64,000 nt of DNA, from contig CAWJTV010000034.1 of NCBI GenBank assembly GCA_963845755.1, positions 416,001-480,000 on the forward strand, in the 5' to 3' direction. The DNA comes from an uncultured Planctomycetota bacterium. Lineage in GTDB: Bacteria; Planctomycetota; Planctomycetia; Isosphaerales; Isosphaeraceae. The notes beneath the pieces are model-generated. The model had not been told where the DNA came from and made no database searches. It saw only the letters and a list, made by a program, of their open reading frames with translations. This document shows, one piece after another, positions 21,916 to 31,794 of this stretch (its first letter is position 1; each line of letters starts with the position of its first letter). The translations under genes were made by a program, and so were the position numbers.

Positions 21916-22611
21916 TCAGTTGCCCGGCACGTTGGAGTTCCCGAAGAAGCGATGAAGGAAGTGCTTGCGGGTCTGGGCTTGCGCCTCGTCGGGATACTGC
22001 TCGACCTCGCCGCGCGAGCTCATGCGGTAGGGCCCGTGGCCGAAGACGAAGTGATCCCGGACCCCTTGAGCGTTGAGGAACGTGCCGGATTCCCACACGA
22101 GACGCCCGGTCTTCGCCTCGTAAGCGAACAGCGCCGCCTTGATCACCGCGTCTTGCCGGTTCGTCTGCGAGAAGTTCAGCGAGGAACCGCTGCCGCTGGT
22201 GATCGCCGGTCCCGTGAGCGACGCGCCAAGTCCGAGACCCGGCAGGCCGGTCGTGGTATCACGCTGGTCGGTCCCCCATGCGCCAAAGGCCGGCTCCAGG
22301 ATCACCTGGGCCTTGTCCTTGTTGTTCTCCAGGAGGACTCCCTGTTCGGCCATCGTGCGTCGGATGCTGGAGACGATCCATTCCTTGTCCACGTTCGTGA
22401 CGAACTGGGTGTCGACAAAGACCTTGGCCCCCGCAAGCGGCTGGAAGTTCACCCGGCACAGGGCATCGTCCCATGTGCCGGTGAGAAGGAGCTGCTCGGT
22501 CCCGGTGCGCGCCGTCCCCGTCACCTTCACGCTGGTGCAGCCCGCAGCCCACGCCAGCACGAAGGCGGCCGCCAGGAATTGAGTCCGCTGGATCCATCCA
22601 TTCCGTTGCAT
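21916..22611 (-). CDS. Lipoprotein, DUF6655-like
   Basis: Lipobox AAGC; TARTGTEQLLLT; KVFVD; GAWGTD. Confidence 0.65.
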   Translation of the reverse strand: MQRNGWIQRTQFLAAAFVLAWAAGCTSVKVTGTARTGTEQLLLTGTWDDALCRVNFQPLAGAKVFVDTQFVTNVDKEWIVSSIRRTMAEQGVLLENNKDKAQVILEPAFGAWGTDQRDTTTGLPGLGLGASLTGPAITSGSGSSLNFSQTNRQDAVIKAALFAYEAKTGRLVWESGTFLNAQGVRDHFVFGHGPYRMSSRGEVEQYPDEAQAQTRKHFLHRFFGNSNVPGN

Positions 22612-22818
22612 GTTCGACCGCCATCGTTAACCAGGAAACCGGCGATGGCGGATCCCGAGAAAGACCCATCACTTGAGCTGAGACGGATCGTCCATCTCAG
22701 CGGTTTCGTTCCCACGGGTCCGGTGGACCATCCCCACGGGGCGGCACAGTATAGCTCCGCTACCCATCTCCGACAACGCCAGCTCGGAACGCTTCGCCAG
22801 CGGGCCAACAGGGCAGGG

Positions 22819-23958
22819 TTAACGGACCGTCGGCGCACCGGCCGGCGTGCCACCGGCGGGCCGCGGATTGGCGGGGAGGATGACCTTCATCAGCGAGTGG
22901 TCCGGGCACTCTCTGGCCTGATTCAGCGTCTCGAGGGTCAGCAACGGTTCCATGGGGGCGATGACGAGGATCGTGTCGCCGGGCTCCAATGTGATGTGCG
23001 GGTCGGGGTTGACGTCGACGGCACCGTCGCTCTGGTGCATGACGACGTTAATCTGCTTGTCCGATTGAATGTCGCCCACGGTCCGTCCTACCAGGCGGCC
23101 GGTCGGGCAGATCGTGATGTCGGTCAGATGCACCTCTTGCCCGGCGAGCTGGAACCCCTGGTAGACCTTGCGGCCGGTCGCCGCGGCAATAAAGGCGGGT
23201 GCGGCGACTTGCGACGTCGAAATCGTCGGCATGGCGAAGGCGCCGGCGACCTTGATGGCCAGGGTCTCGTCGAACAGTCGGATCACGATCTTTGCGTCGG
23301 GATTCAGGTCGCGGGCGGTGATCGCAGCATCGAGGTTCGTCAGATCGTCGCTGGTCGTGACGATCACGGCCCGGGCCTGGCGGACGCCCGCCTGCTCCAG
23401 CACCGAGCTCATGCGAGCATTCCCCTGGACGACCGGTACGCCCCGTTCGAACAACTCGCCCAGCAGCGGTGCGCCCGCGGCCATCTCGATCACCACCAGG
23501 CTCTCGCGCATCTCGAGCAGTCCTTTGACGACCTGGTATCCGACCTTGCCGACCCCGATCACGACGAAATGATTGCGGCAGAGTGAGGCGAGCATGCGAT
23601 TCCACTCCGGAAGGTTCTGCTTTCTCGTGAAGATCAGGAAGGCCAGCCGGATCACCGAATCGGCAATCGCTCCCAGGCCCAGGACCGGGAACAGGAAGAA
23701 CAGGGGCTGCAAGTACCACTCGTCGGGGAAGTCGAGCGACGACTCCAGGAAGATCATCAAGAAGACGGCATGGCAGGCGCGGGCGAACGAAAGCCGTTCT
23801 CCGTTGTAGAAGCCGTGGAGGATCGCGCCACCGCCGACGACCAGGATCGTGAAGATGATCAGCGGCCATCGGAATTCCCAGAGCACGTACCTCATGAAGC
23901 GGAGGTACATCAACAGCCGCACGGGCGCCCGGACGCGAGGGATCATCGGTCTTACCAC
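22819..23958 (-). CDS. TrkA-family/potassium-channel-associated protein (TM + RCK_N + RCK_C)
   Basis: Two TMs, GVGKVG Rossmann motif, TSDDLTNL, and TrkA_C (NPDPHITLEPGD). Confidence 0.85.
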   Translation of the reverse strand: MVRPMIPRVRAPVRLLMYLRFMRYVLWEFRWPLIIFTILVVGGGAILHGFYNGERLSFARACHAVFLMIFLESSLDFPDEWYLQPLFFLFPVLGLGAIADSVIRLAFLIFTRKQNLPEWNRMLASLCRNHFVVIGVGKVGYQVVKGLLEMRESLVVIEMAAGAPLLGELFERGVPVVQGNARMSSVLEQAGVRQARAVIVTTSDDLTNLDAAITARDLNPDAKIVIRLFDETLAIKVAGAFAMPTISTSQVAAPAFIAAATGRKVYQGFQLAGQEVHLTDITICPTGRLVGRTVGDIQSDKQINVVMHQSDGAVDVNPDPHITLEPGDTILVIAPMEPLLTLETLNQARECPDHSLMKVILPANPRPAGGTPAGAPTVR

Positions 23959-23970
23959 GATCGACCTACC

Positions 23971-25389
23971 TCAACTCTCGAGCTTAGTTCCGCCATCCCG
24001 ATCCAGCTCGGCAAGGACTTCGCCCAGGCTGCGGTCGAGGATCGCGACCATCTCGTCGATGTGCTCGTCGGTGACAATCAGCGGCGGGCCGAACGCGATC
24101 CAGTGGGGGTCGAACCGGCAGAGCAATCCCTGCGCCAGCGCCCGGCGGCCGACGCTGACACCCAGAGACACCGAATCGGGAAAACGCCGTTTCGTCGCGC
24201 GGTCGCTCACGAACTCGATCGCCTGGAATAACCCCTTGCCGCGGATATCGCCGATGACCGGGTACTTCCGCTGAAGCTCCTCGAAGCGATCGCGCAGACG
24301 ACGGCCCCGCGCCTGGACGTTCGCCAGCAGGTCCCGCTCGAGGATCTCTCGCAGCACGGCGATGCCGGCGGCGCAGGAGATCGGGTTCCCCTCGAACGTG
24401 TGCCCTTCCACGAAGCCCGGATTCTCCGCGATCGGCCCCCAGAATGCCTCGGCGATCGGTTGCCGGCAGATCATCGCCGAGAGCGGCGCATAGCCGCCGG
24501 AGAGACCCTTGGCGACCAGCAAGACGTCCGGCGTGACGCCGAAGGTCTCGGCGGCGAACATCCGCCCCGTGCGCCCGATCCCCGTGATGATCTCGTCGAA
24601 GATCAAGAGGACGTTGTGCCGGTCGCAGAGCTCGCGAAGGATCGGCAGATACTCTTCGGGCGGGTCGATGACGCCGCCGGTGTGCCCGATCGGTTCGACC
24701 AGGACGGCCGCGACGGTCGCCGGGTCCTCCATCGCGATGACGTCGCCGACGATCGTCGCGCAGGTGATCCCGCAGTCGGGATACGACTTACCGAACGGAC
24801 ATCGATAGCACGTTGGCGGGAAAACGTGGATGAACCCCGGGGCCAGCGGCTCGTTCACCGTCCGCCGCGACTTCAATCCCGAGGCCGATAGCGCGCCCAG
24901 CGTCGAGCCGTGCCACGACTGGTACCGGCTGATGATCTTGTACTTGCCGGGCGAGCCCGTCAGCTTGTGGTATTGCCGCGCCAGCTTGATCGCCGCCTCG
25001 ACCACCTCCGCCCCGCCACATTGGAACTTCACCGTCGACAGGTCCCCGGGTGCCAGCTCCGCCAGCAGATTGGCCAGTTGCACCGCCAGGGGGTTCGTGC
25101 CGTGCATCGGCGGCGAGAACGTCAGGACGTCGAGCTGACGCTTGATCGCCTCGATGACCCGCCGGTTGTTGTGTCCGACCGAGACGACGTAGATCCCCGA
25201 AATCCCGTCGTAGTAGCGCCGGCCTTGCACATCCCAGTAGAACACCCCGTCCGCCCGGGCCATCACGAGCGGCTGCTTCGACCACTCGGCCATCTGGTCG
25301 CGGACGAAGATCTGCCTGAGGAACGCCTCTTCCGTCGTCTGGTCCTCGGAGATCAATCCGGGCGAAGCGATTGTGCTGGACGTGGACAT
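23971..25389 (-). CDS. Class III PLP-dependent aminotransferase
   Basis: LLIFDEIITGIGRTG, PDVLLVAKGLSGGY, GHTF.GNP. Confidence 0.9.
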   Translation of the reverse strand: MSTSSTIASPGLISEDQTTEEAFLRQIFVRDQMAEWSKQPLVMARADGVFYWDVQGRRYYDGISGIYVVSVGHNNRRVIEAIKRQLDVLTFSPPMHGTNPLAVQLANLLAELAPGDLSTVKFQCGGAEVVEAAIKLARQYHKLTGSPGKYKIISRYQSWHGSTLGALSASGLKSRRTVNEPLAPGFIHVFPPTCYRCPFGKSYPDCGITCATIVGDVIAMEDPATVAAVLVEPIGHTGGVIDPPEEYLPILRELCDRHNVLLIFDEIITGIGRTGRMFAAETFGVTPDVLLVAKGLSGGYAPLSAMICRQPIAEAFWGPIAENPGFVEGHTFEGNPISCAAGIAVLREILERDLLANVQARGRRLRDRFEELQRKYPVIGDIRGKGLFQAIEFVSDRATKRRFPDSVSLGVSVGRRALAQGLLCRFDPHWIAFGPPLIVTDEHIDEMVAILDRSLGEVLAELDRDGGTKLES

Positions 25390-25439
25390 CGTCGTTCCTC
25401 GCGAGATTGAAAAAGCAATAAGACTTCAATGCAAGTTTC

Positions 25440-25556
25440 GAACACGAAATACACGAAAAAATGCAAGACGACAAATATTCTTACAATTATCGCATTGTAT
25501 CTGTTTTAATCATCATCCGTATTTCCCTTTCGTGTATTTCGCGTATTTCGTGTTCA
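25440..25556. repeat. AT-rich inverted repeat of tandem ACACGAAAT units, family D copy 1
   Basis: GAACACGAAATACACGAAAA ... TTTCGTGTATTTCGCGTATTTCGTGTTC. Confidence 0.8.
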
Positions 25557-26747
25557 ATTCTTATTTTGATCCATTTGACTATAGCCGACCGCTGTGGCCG
25601 CGTAGAGGAGAGCGACGCGGACGAGGTCGTCGATCTCGACCCATTCGGAGACGGTGTGTTGACCCCCGGCGCGGGGCCCGTGGGTGATGGCCGGGACGCC
25701 TCCCAGGGCGCTGAAACTATTGCCGTCGTTGACGAACGGCTTGGGACCTGTGGGCAGGGGTGCACCCGAGATGGCCTCGTAGCAGCCCTGGAAAACGACA
25801 ACCAGCGGGTCGGCCGGGTCGAGCGCGAAAGCGTCGCGGATCAGCATCCAGCGGAGGTCGACGGCTGTGTGCGTCTCCGCGGCGAGGCGGTCGATCCGAT
25901 CGCGGAAGTCGCGCTCGACGGCGGCGGGATCGGTGCCGGGCAACCAGCGCCGGGTCCCTTCCAGCCAGGCGGCCTGGGGATACTGGTTGTAGATCTCGCC
26001 CGAGTGGATCTGCCCGATGAAGACGCTGGCCGGTCCGCAAACGGGATGGGGAGAAGCGCGGAGCTCGTCATCGAGCCGGCCAAGGCGTGCGACCAGCTCG
26101 GCGGCGGCGGCGATCACGCTGGGCTCGTCGGACGGTCGCATGACCTCGTGGACCGGCAGTCCCTGGCGGTGGATTTCCAGCCGCCATGTGGCGTTGCCCC
26201 GGCCGGCAACCGGCAGGACGTCGCGGAGCGGCTCGGGGATCAAAACGGCGTCGCCGAGATGACCCTCGCGGATCATCCGGTCGAGCTGGCGGCCGTCGCC
26301 CCAGGGGGCTTCGTGCAAGTCGTGAGCCGTCAAGAGGACGGAGCCAGCCTCCAGTGCTTCGGAGTCGCGGAGTGCGCGGACCGCCTCAACCGCGGCGGCG
26401 ACGCCCGCTTTCATGTCCGACGCGCCGCTGCCGGTGATCCGGCCGTCCTCGACATTCGGCGGGATGAACGGCAGGTGCACCGTATCGAGATGACCGTCGA
26501 ACTGGAGCGTCGGCCCCGGCCGGCCGCTGTCATGACGGATCGAGACAGCCGGTGCGACAGCATGACCGGCGGCGAGCCTCTGCACGCGGAACCCGTCGGC
26601 TGCGAGGATCTCCGCGAGACGGTCGCTCACCGCCCCCGCATCGCCGGTGGGACTGGGCATCTCGATCAGCCCTCGAGCCGTCTCGACGAGCCGACGACGA
26701 TTCACATGAGGTTTCAGGCGTTCGATGAGGGCGGATGTGGTATTCAT
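25554..26747 (-). CDS. M20 metallopeptidase (ArgE/DapE-like deacylase)
   Basis: DGHLDTV, GSGASDMK, QHTVSEWV. Confidence 0.85.
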   Translation of the reverse strand: MNTTSALIERLKPHVNRRRLVETARGLIEMPSPTGDAGAVSDRLAEILAADGFRVQRLAAGHAVAPAVSIRHDSGRPGPTLQFDGHLDTVHLPFIPPNVEDGRITGSGASDMKAGVAAAVEAVRALRDSEALEAGSVLLTAHDLHEAPWGDGRQLDRMIREGHLGDAVLIPEPLRDVLPVAGRGNATWRLEIHRQGLPVHEVMRPSDEPSVIAAAAELVARLGRLDDELRASPHPVCGPASVFIGQIHSGEIYNQYPQAAWLEGTRRWLPGTDPAAVERDFRDRIDRLAAETHTAVDLRWMLIRDAFALDPADPLVVVFQGCYEAISGAPLPTGPKPFVNDGNSFSALGGVPAITHGPRAGGQHTVSEWVEIDDLVRVALLYAATAVGYSQMDQNKN

Positions 26748-26899
26748 GAGGAAGCATTATAACCGGCGGATCGCCCTGACTCCAGAAGCCGGAGGGGGTC
26801 CGCGTTGATCTCGACCCGGATGAAGTTCCTGGTATACAGTAACCCTGGCGTCGCGGCCTGTCGTCCTGCGGCTGGTTTTCTCTTCCCGGAGGCCCTTCC

Positions 26900-27034
26900 A
26901 TGGCAACGATCTCTCGCGCCCGTCCGCCGGTGCGATCGCAAAGTTCGCTGGCCGCGCCCGAGGTGTACCGTATCAATGTCGACGAATACGAGCGGTGGAT
27001 CGACGTGAACGACATCCTGCCGCGACAGAAGTAG
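26900..27034 (+). pseudogene. Internally deleted Uma2 (DUF820) endonuclease remnant, 44 aa
   Basis: GGAGG RBS; MATISRARPPVRSQSSLAAPEVYRINVDEYER joined directly to WIDVNDILPRQK*. Confidence 0.6.
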
Positions 27035-27119
27035 ATCGATCCGCCCCCGCGCCGGCTCGTCGAGCCGCTCGGGCAAATCCGGGTGGACCGCGATCCTGGC
27101 CAGACATCGAGGCGAAACC

Positions 27120-27560
27120 ATGGAGCCGATCATCGTCTTGCCGGGCGAAGGCAAGCTGATCAGTCCAATCGGCGAGGACTGGAGCTCTTTCAAGGCGCTG
27201 GGGGCCCAGACGGGCGGCTCATTCGCCCTGATGGAACAGACCGTGCCGGCGGGCCGTGGTCCGCGACGGCACGTCCACCGCCGGGAGGAGGAGTCGTTCT
27301 ACATCCTCGAAGGAGAATTCGGCTTCGAAGTCGGTGATCATCGCTTCCTGGCCCGACCGGGGACCTTCGTCCTGGGGCCGAGGGATATCCCCCATCGCTT
27401 CTGGAATGCCGGGACTCGGGACGGAAAGTTCCTCCTGATCATCTCTCCCGCCGGACTGGAGCCATTCTTCGAGGAGTTCAGCCGACTCATCGCCGAGGTC
27501 CCCGACGACCTCGCTCGACAAGGCGAACTGGCAGGCCGTTACGGGATCGAGTTTATTTGA
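27120..27560 (+). CDS. Cupin domain protein
   Basis: HVHRREEESFYILEG, PRDIPHRFWN, PAGLEPFF. Confidence 0.9.
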   Translation: MEPIIVLPGEGKLISPIGEDWSSFKALGAQTGGSFALMEQTVPAGRGPRRHVHRREEESFYILEGEFGFEVGDHRFLARPGTFVLGPRDIPHRFWNAGTRDGKFLLIISPAGLEPFFEEFSRLIAEVPDDLARQGELAGRYGIEFI

Positions 27561-27960
27561 TGGTAAGAGACGACGTGGGATCGTATGCTGACAATCGACG
27601 CCGGTCGCAAAGACCCCGAGTCGGATCGCGCGGGACACCGCTCAATGACGACCGTCGCGGCGCTAGCCGAGTCGCTCCGCATCCGTCCCGATCTCCCCGA
27701 CACCACCAACCTCACTGAGGCGCCGGTTCGGTTTGGTACCAAGGCTGTTGTCGTTATCCCTCGACTCAAGGAATGGGAACTGGCGACGAATCACGAGCTG
27801 AGAAACGCCCACAAAAGCCCCGGGACGATTTCAAGGTTCCTCCATATTGAGCCGATCACCAGGTTCGTCGTTCCCCGAAATTGTCGTGGGTGGCCAGGCT
27901 GCGTGCTTCTGATTGGTTGGGTGCGGTAGTCGTTCTTCAGACATCGGTGGGCCCAAGATC

Positions 27961-28509
27961 GTGTCTTTCTCTCGTCCGAACGGTCGCGGCACGCGACTTT
28001 TCAGCTTCGCTCTCGGGATTCTGATCCTGTCGCTCACGATCCGGCTCGGTCCCGGGCCCCTTCCCTCAGTGTCCCCCGGCGTGGGCGCGTCTGAGAGGGA
28101 CGAGCCATGGTATACGCCCATTCCCGAAGATTTCCGCCCGCTCTATGATCAGGACACAGCGAATCTCAAGAAACAGACGTGGGACCAGTACTGGACCTGG
28201 GTGAAGGTCTTCTACGAGGGGAACTTCCTCTCCGACGGTTGGACCGAACGGTCGAAATCGCTCGTGACCGTCATCACATCGGACGCCGAGGTGAAGAGGC
28301 TGCGGACTGCGCTCAACGCCCTGGGAAGGGAGATCGGCGCGGAGTGGTCGAAGGATTACGCCGTCCGCAAGGTCAGCTCGGCCGACTTGCTCGCCTGGGG
28401 AAAGACGCTCGAAAAGGCCCAGGCCAGGGACGATGGCAGCGGTGTGGAGATCCGCCGCACGATTGACTCGATCCGCGCCGTGCACCGGAAGAAATGGGGT
28501 GGTGCGTAG
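27961..28509 (+). CDS. Hypothetical secreted protein (start uncertain)
   Basis: Hydrophobic N-segment followed by a Trp-rich helical domain with coding-like codon usage. Confidence 0.65.
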   Translation: MSFSRPNGRGTRLFSFALGILILSLTIRLGPGPLPSVSPGVGASERDEPWYTPIPEDFRPLYDQDTANLKKQTWDQYWTWVKVFYEGNFLSDGWTERSKSLVTVITSDAEVKRLRTALNALGREIGAEWSKDYAVRKVSSADLLAWGKTLEKAQARDDGSGVEIRRTIDSIRAVHRKKWGGA

Positions 28510-28922
28510 CATCTCGCCGGACGCGCCCTTGTCACGATTCGTGGGGATCGTCTCGCCAGCCGTCGGCCGACTCGCGCGCTCCGTCCACGCTCACCGCTCC
28601 CCAAATTCGTTGTGCCGAACGGATCGAGCGAAAGCTGAAGGACTTGAAATCCACCTTCGCCTTCGAGAAGACGCCGCTGGCGAAGGTTGCGACGTTCTTC
28701 GAGGAGCAGAGTAACGAGAACGTCGTGCTCGACCCGCGCGGGCGGATGAACGGGAAGATCGACCCCGCGACGCCGATCACCGGCTCCGGCAAGGACGTGC
28801 CCCTGGGCGCGGCGATTGAGAAGCGGGTCGGGCCACTGGGCCTGTACATTGCCTTACGCGACGAGGTGATCGTGCTCGAGGCGAAAACGAACTCCGCAGT
28901 GGACGCCGCGGCTGCGAGATGA
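28494..28922 (+). pseudogene. Fragment of an STN/secretin-N-like planctomycete domain protein
   Basis: FAFEKTPLAKVATFF...NVVLDP...DVPLGAAI...PLGL...RDEVIVL pattern; no credible N-terminus. Confidence 0.4.
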
Positions 28923-29044
28923 TCGGGAGATCGTCATTGTGATCCGGGCGTTCTGCCTGCATACTCATCGTTCGGGTGCTGGCAATCCGCTTGCCCTGAT
29001 GCCTGTGTTCAGGTCGAATCCTGCACCACCATGGAGACGCTACG

Positions 29045-30180
29045 ATGAGGAATCATCCGACGATACGATGGGCGCTGGTCGTCGCCGCCGTCTGGATCGG
29101 CGTCCATGCATTGGACGGGCGCGCCTGGCGGCGCCCGGCGAGAAGGACAAGGATAAGGTCTTCGTCGGGTATTTGTTCGGCTCGACGCGCGACATCGACT
29201 TTCGGCTGTACACCCACATCTGCCATGCCTTCTTGACGGCCGATGGGGAGGGTCGCGTGCAGAAGGGGCGCTCCGTGCCCAGCCGGCAGCTCACCGACGA
29301 GGCCCACAAGGCGGGCGTCCGGGTGATTCTCTCCCTCGGCGGCTGGGGGTGGGACAAGCAATTTGCCTCCATCGTCTCCAAGCCGGAGTCAGAAGACCGT
29401 TATGCCCGGTCCGTGATGGAGATCATCGACGAGTTCGATTATGACGGAATCGATTTCGACTGGGAGTATCCCGATACCAAGGACGAAGTCCCTGGCTTCG
29501 AGCGGCTGACGCGCCGCTTCCGCAAGGAGCTCGATGAGCTGGGACGGAAGAAAAGGCGGTCGATGCAGGTCACGATGGCCGCCTCATCGAATCCGGGAAC
29601 GATCCGATGGCTCGACAAGGCGTTCTTGCTCGAGACCATGGACTGGATCAACGTGATGACCTACGACTACACCGGGGACTGGACGAATTACGCCGGCCAC
29701 CACTCGCCGCTGCATGCCTCGTCGAAGCAGCCAGGCGGCAACCCTCGCTCGACCGAATTGACCATGAAATACCTGTTGGAAGAGCGGGGCCTGCCCGCGA
29801 ACCGGCTGGCGGTGGGGATTCCGCTCTATGGCCGCGGCTTCAACGTCGCCGAGCCCTATGCATCGACGAAAGGCGCACCGAAGGGTCGCGTCCCGGGGGG
29901 TAACTACAGCAACATCCGCAAGCTCCAGAGCGAGGCCGGCTGGGTCCGCAAGTGGGACGACGAGACCAAGAACCCGTGGCTAGTCTCCACCAAGGGGCCT
30001 GTCGTGATCGGCTACGACGACGCCGAGTCGGTGGCGATCAAGACCGACTGGGCGATGAAGCAAGGCTTCCGCGGCGTCTTCTTCTGGCAAATCCGCGCCG
30101 ACCGCCTCGACGACGGCACCCATCCGCTCCAGGAGGCTTCGCACAAGGAATGGCAGAGGGCGGCCCCGAAGGAGCGTTGA
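29045..30180 (+). CDS. GH18 chitinase-like glycoside hydrolase, secreted (frameshift near 29125)
   Basis: SLGGW, FDYDGIDFDWEYP (DxxDxDxE), NVMTYD, GVFFW. The signal peptide MRNHPTIRWALVVAAVWIG is in the upstream frame. Confidence 0.9.
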
Positions 30181-30219
30181 GTCGCATCGTGATCGTGGGT
30201 GCATGGCCGCCTCAGCAGC

Positions 30220-30486
30220 TCATCCGTCCAGATCACGATCCCACAAAGGGTGATGGCGGTCGTGTGCCAGGGATAAAAGTGGGTCCGCTGGCACAACCGG
30301 GCCGGAACCGACAACTCTCGCAATCTCCGTCGTGTCCGGGCCTCTCCAGTCGTCCGGCTCGCTCTCGGCGCGAGGTGCGAGACGAGGTTGCCGTGAGAGG
30401 TCGGGAAGCGGCGGGGACCAAGGGTACCAGGTCACCACTTCGACCAGGCACCAGACCACGTTCAAGATGACATCGACCCAGACCAT
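30220..30486 (-). CDS. Small protein, HPLWDRxLDG family copy 1
   Basis: Hydrophobic N-terminus MVWVDVILNVVWCLVE, PDDWRGPDTTEIARVVG, C-terminal HPLWDRDLDG. Confidence 0.7.
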   Translation of the reverse strand: MVWVDVILNVVWCLVEVVTWYPWSPPLPDLSRQPRLAPRAESEPDDWRGPDTTEIARVVGSGPVVPADPLLSLAHDRHHPLWDRDLDG

Positions 30487-30749
30487 TTGACGCTCGCTTG
30501 CATGAGATGGCGAACAGGCTGGCTATTGGCTGACCCTCGCCTACTTCCTCAATACGCATTCGGCAGGGCGTTGTGCCAGGTATTCGATTCGACGGATGAG
30601 GAATATCGCTTTTCCCAAGGTTAGCGACGCTCTCGGGAGAGGGGGGAGTAGTTCTGCTTGGCGGTCGTTTTCGCGCGGTTCCCAATCGAGAACGAGTCGC
30701 ACGGCCACGTGTCCGACCCGGTATCCGCCCATGGTCCCCGATTGTCGGG

Positions 30750-30845
30750 CTATGCCCGTTTGCTCAAGTCGTGGCAAGCAACAACGAAGCTCAGCAGATC
30801 GCCGAGGCACAAAACCAGGTTGAAGAGTAAGTCGGCCCAGCCCAT
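30750..30845 (-). pseudogene. Short or degenerate paralog of the HPLWDRxLDG-family N-terminus
   Basis: AGGAG RBS; MGWADLLFNLVLCLGDLL. After the TAG the frame continues RGPWADTGSDTWPC, similar to RGPCMDTHPDDWKC of copy 3. Confidence 0.5.
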
Positions 30846-31052
30846 TTTTACGCACTCCTGCATGATGTCGCTGCCGGAGAGGCTCGTACCCCTCGCTCGT
30901 GTTACGAGTCTATGCTCAAGGGGCGGTGTATCGTGCCAGATAAACTCAGGAGGATCGTGCGGCCGAGAAATATCAACCAAACTTAGGTCCAGGTCATGAC
31001 GCTCCCGGCTGCGTCCTTCCGTCCCGATTCGGGGGCTCAATCAGAGACGCAG

Positions 31053-31189
31053 GGAACAGACTCTCACAATCTGTTCCGGAAGGGGCAGGTCTGGGCGAGC
31101 GGGGGGCGTCAGCCCCCTGTCCGGCGATCGACGACCTTCGAAGAGAGGGGGCTGACGCCCCCCGCTCGCCTTTCCGGAACAGACTCTCA
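31053..31189. repeat. REP-like palindrome, family C, nested in a MITE-like element
   Basis: GGCGAGCGGGGGGCGTCAGCCCCCT / AGGGGGCTGACGCCCCCCGCTCGCC (31094-31170); outer arms TCTGTTCCGGAA / TTCCGGAACAGA; direct repeat GGAACAGACTCTCA at 31053 and 31176. Confidence 0.8.
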
Positions 31190-31794
31190 GCCGTCCAACT
31201 CCCGATCCCACAGAGGGTGCCTGCGATCGGGCAACCACGGCATGGGCGGCGCCAGTGTCGGCGATGGGACCGCTCCGAGAATCCTGGCGAGCTCGGAAGC
31301 ATCCGGGCACGTCCAGTCGTCGGGATGGACTTCACGTCGCGGATCAGAACGGGCCAGCCGCGCCCGGCCATGGCTTCCTGGATCGAAGGGCGAGAAACGT
31401 ACGGATCGCCGAGGCGGATCCTCTTGCAGGGACCATGTGATTCCCAAGAAGTCCGGCGCGTTCCGTGGTCCGAGGGGAGTCCTTCGAAAGCCGGCACGAC
31501 CTCCGAAAAACCTGGATGGGTCGAGACTTGCGGGCGGGCGTCCGGACGGTGCGGGCGGGCCGGAGCATGACCTTCCGAGAACAACTGCAACGGACGAGGA
31601 TCCCTCGCTGCCGGAGTCGCTCCCAAGACCCTCGCAAGCTCCGAGGCGTCCGGGCATTTCCAGTCGTCCGGATGGGTGTCCATGCACGGTCCTCGACGGC
31701 GTGTCCCTGCCCGGGTGGCCATGACCTGAGTTACGACGATGAGTATCTCGACCATGGGCACGAACATTCTTAGAAGGAACTCACTCCAATGCAT
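31187..31794 (-). CDS. HPLWDRxLDG family copy 3 with duplicated HPDDWxCPDASELARxLG motif (frameshifted)
   Basis: N-part MHWSEFLL...HPDDWKCPDASELARVLG; C-part in another frame HPDDWTCPDASELARILG...HPLWDRELDG*. Confidence 0.65.

Noticed and set aside
21898..23586. Long opposite-strand or alternative-frame ORFs (also 38117-39673, 52956-54401, 60738-62201, etc.)
   Set aside because: Shadow ORFs of real genes in high-GC DNA; no recognisable motifs.
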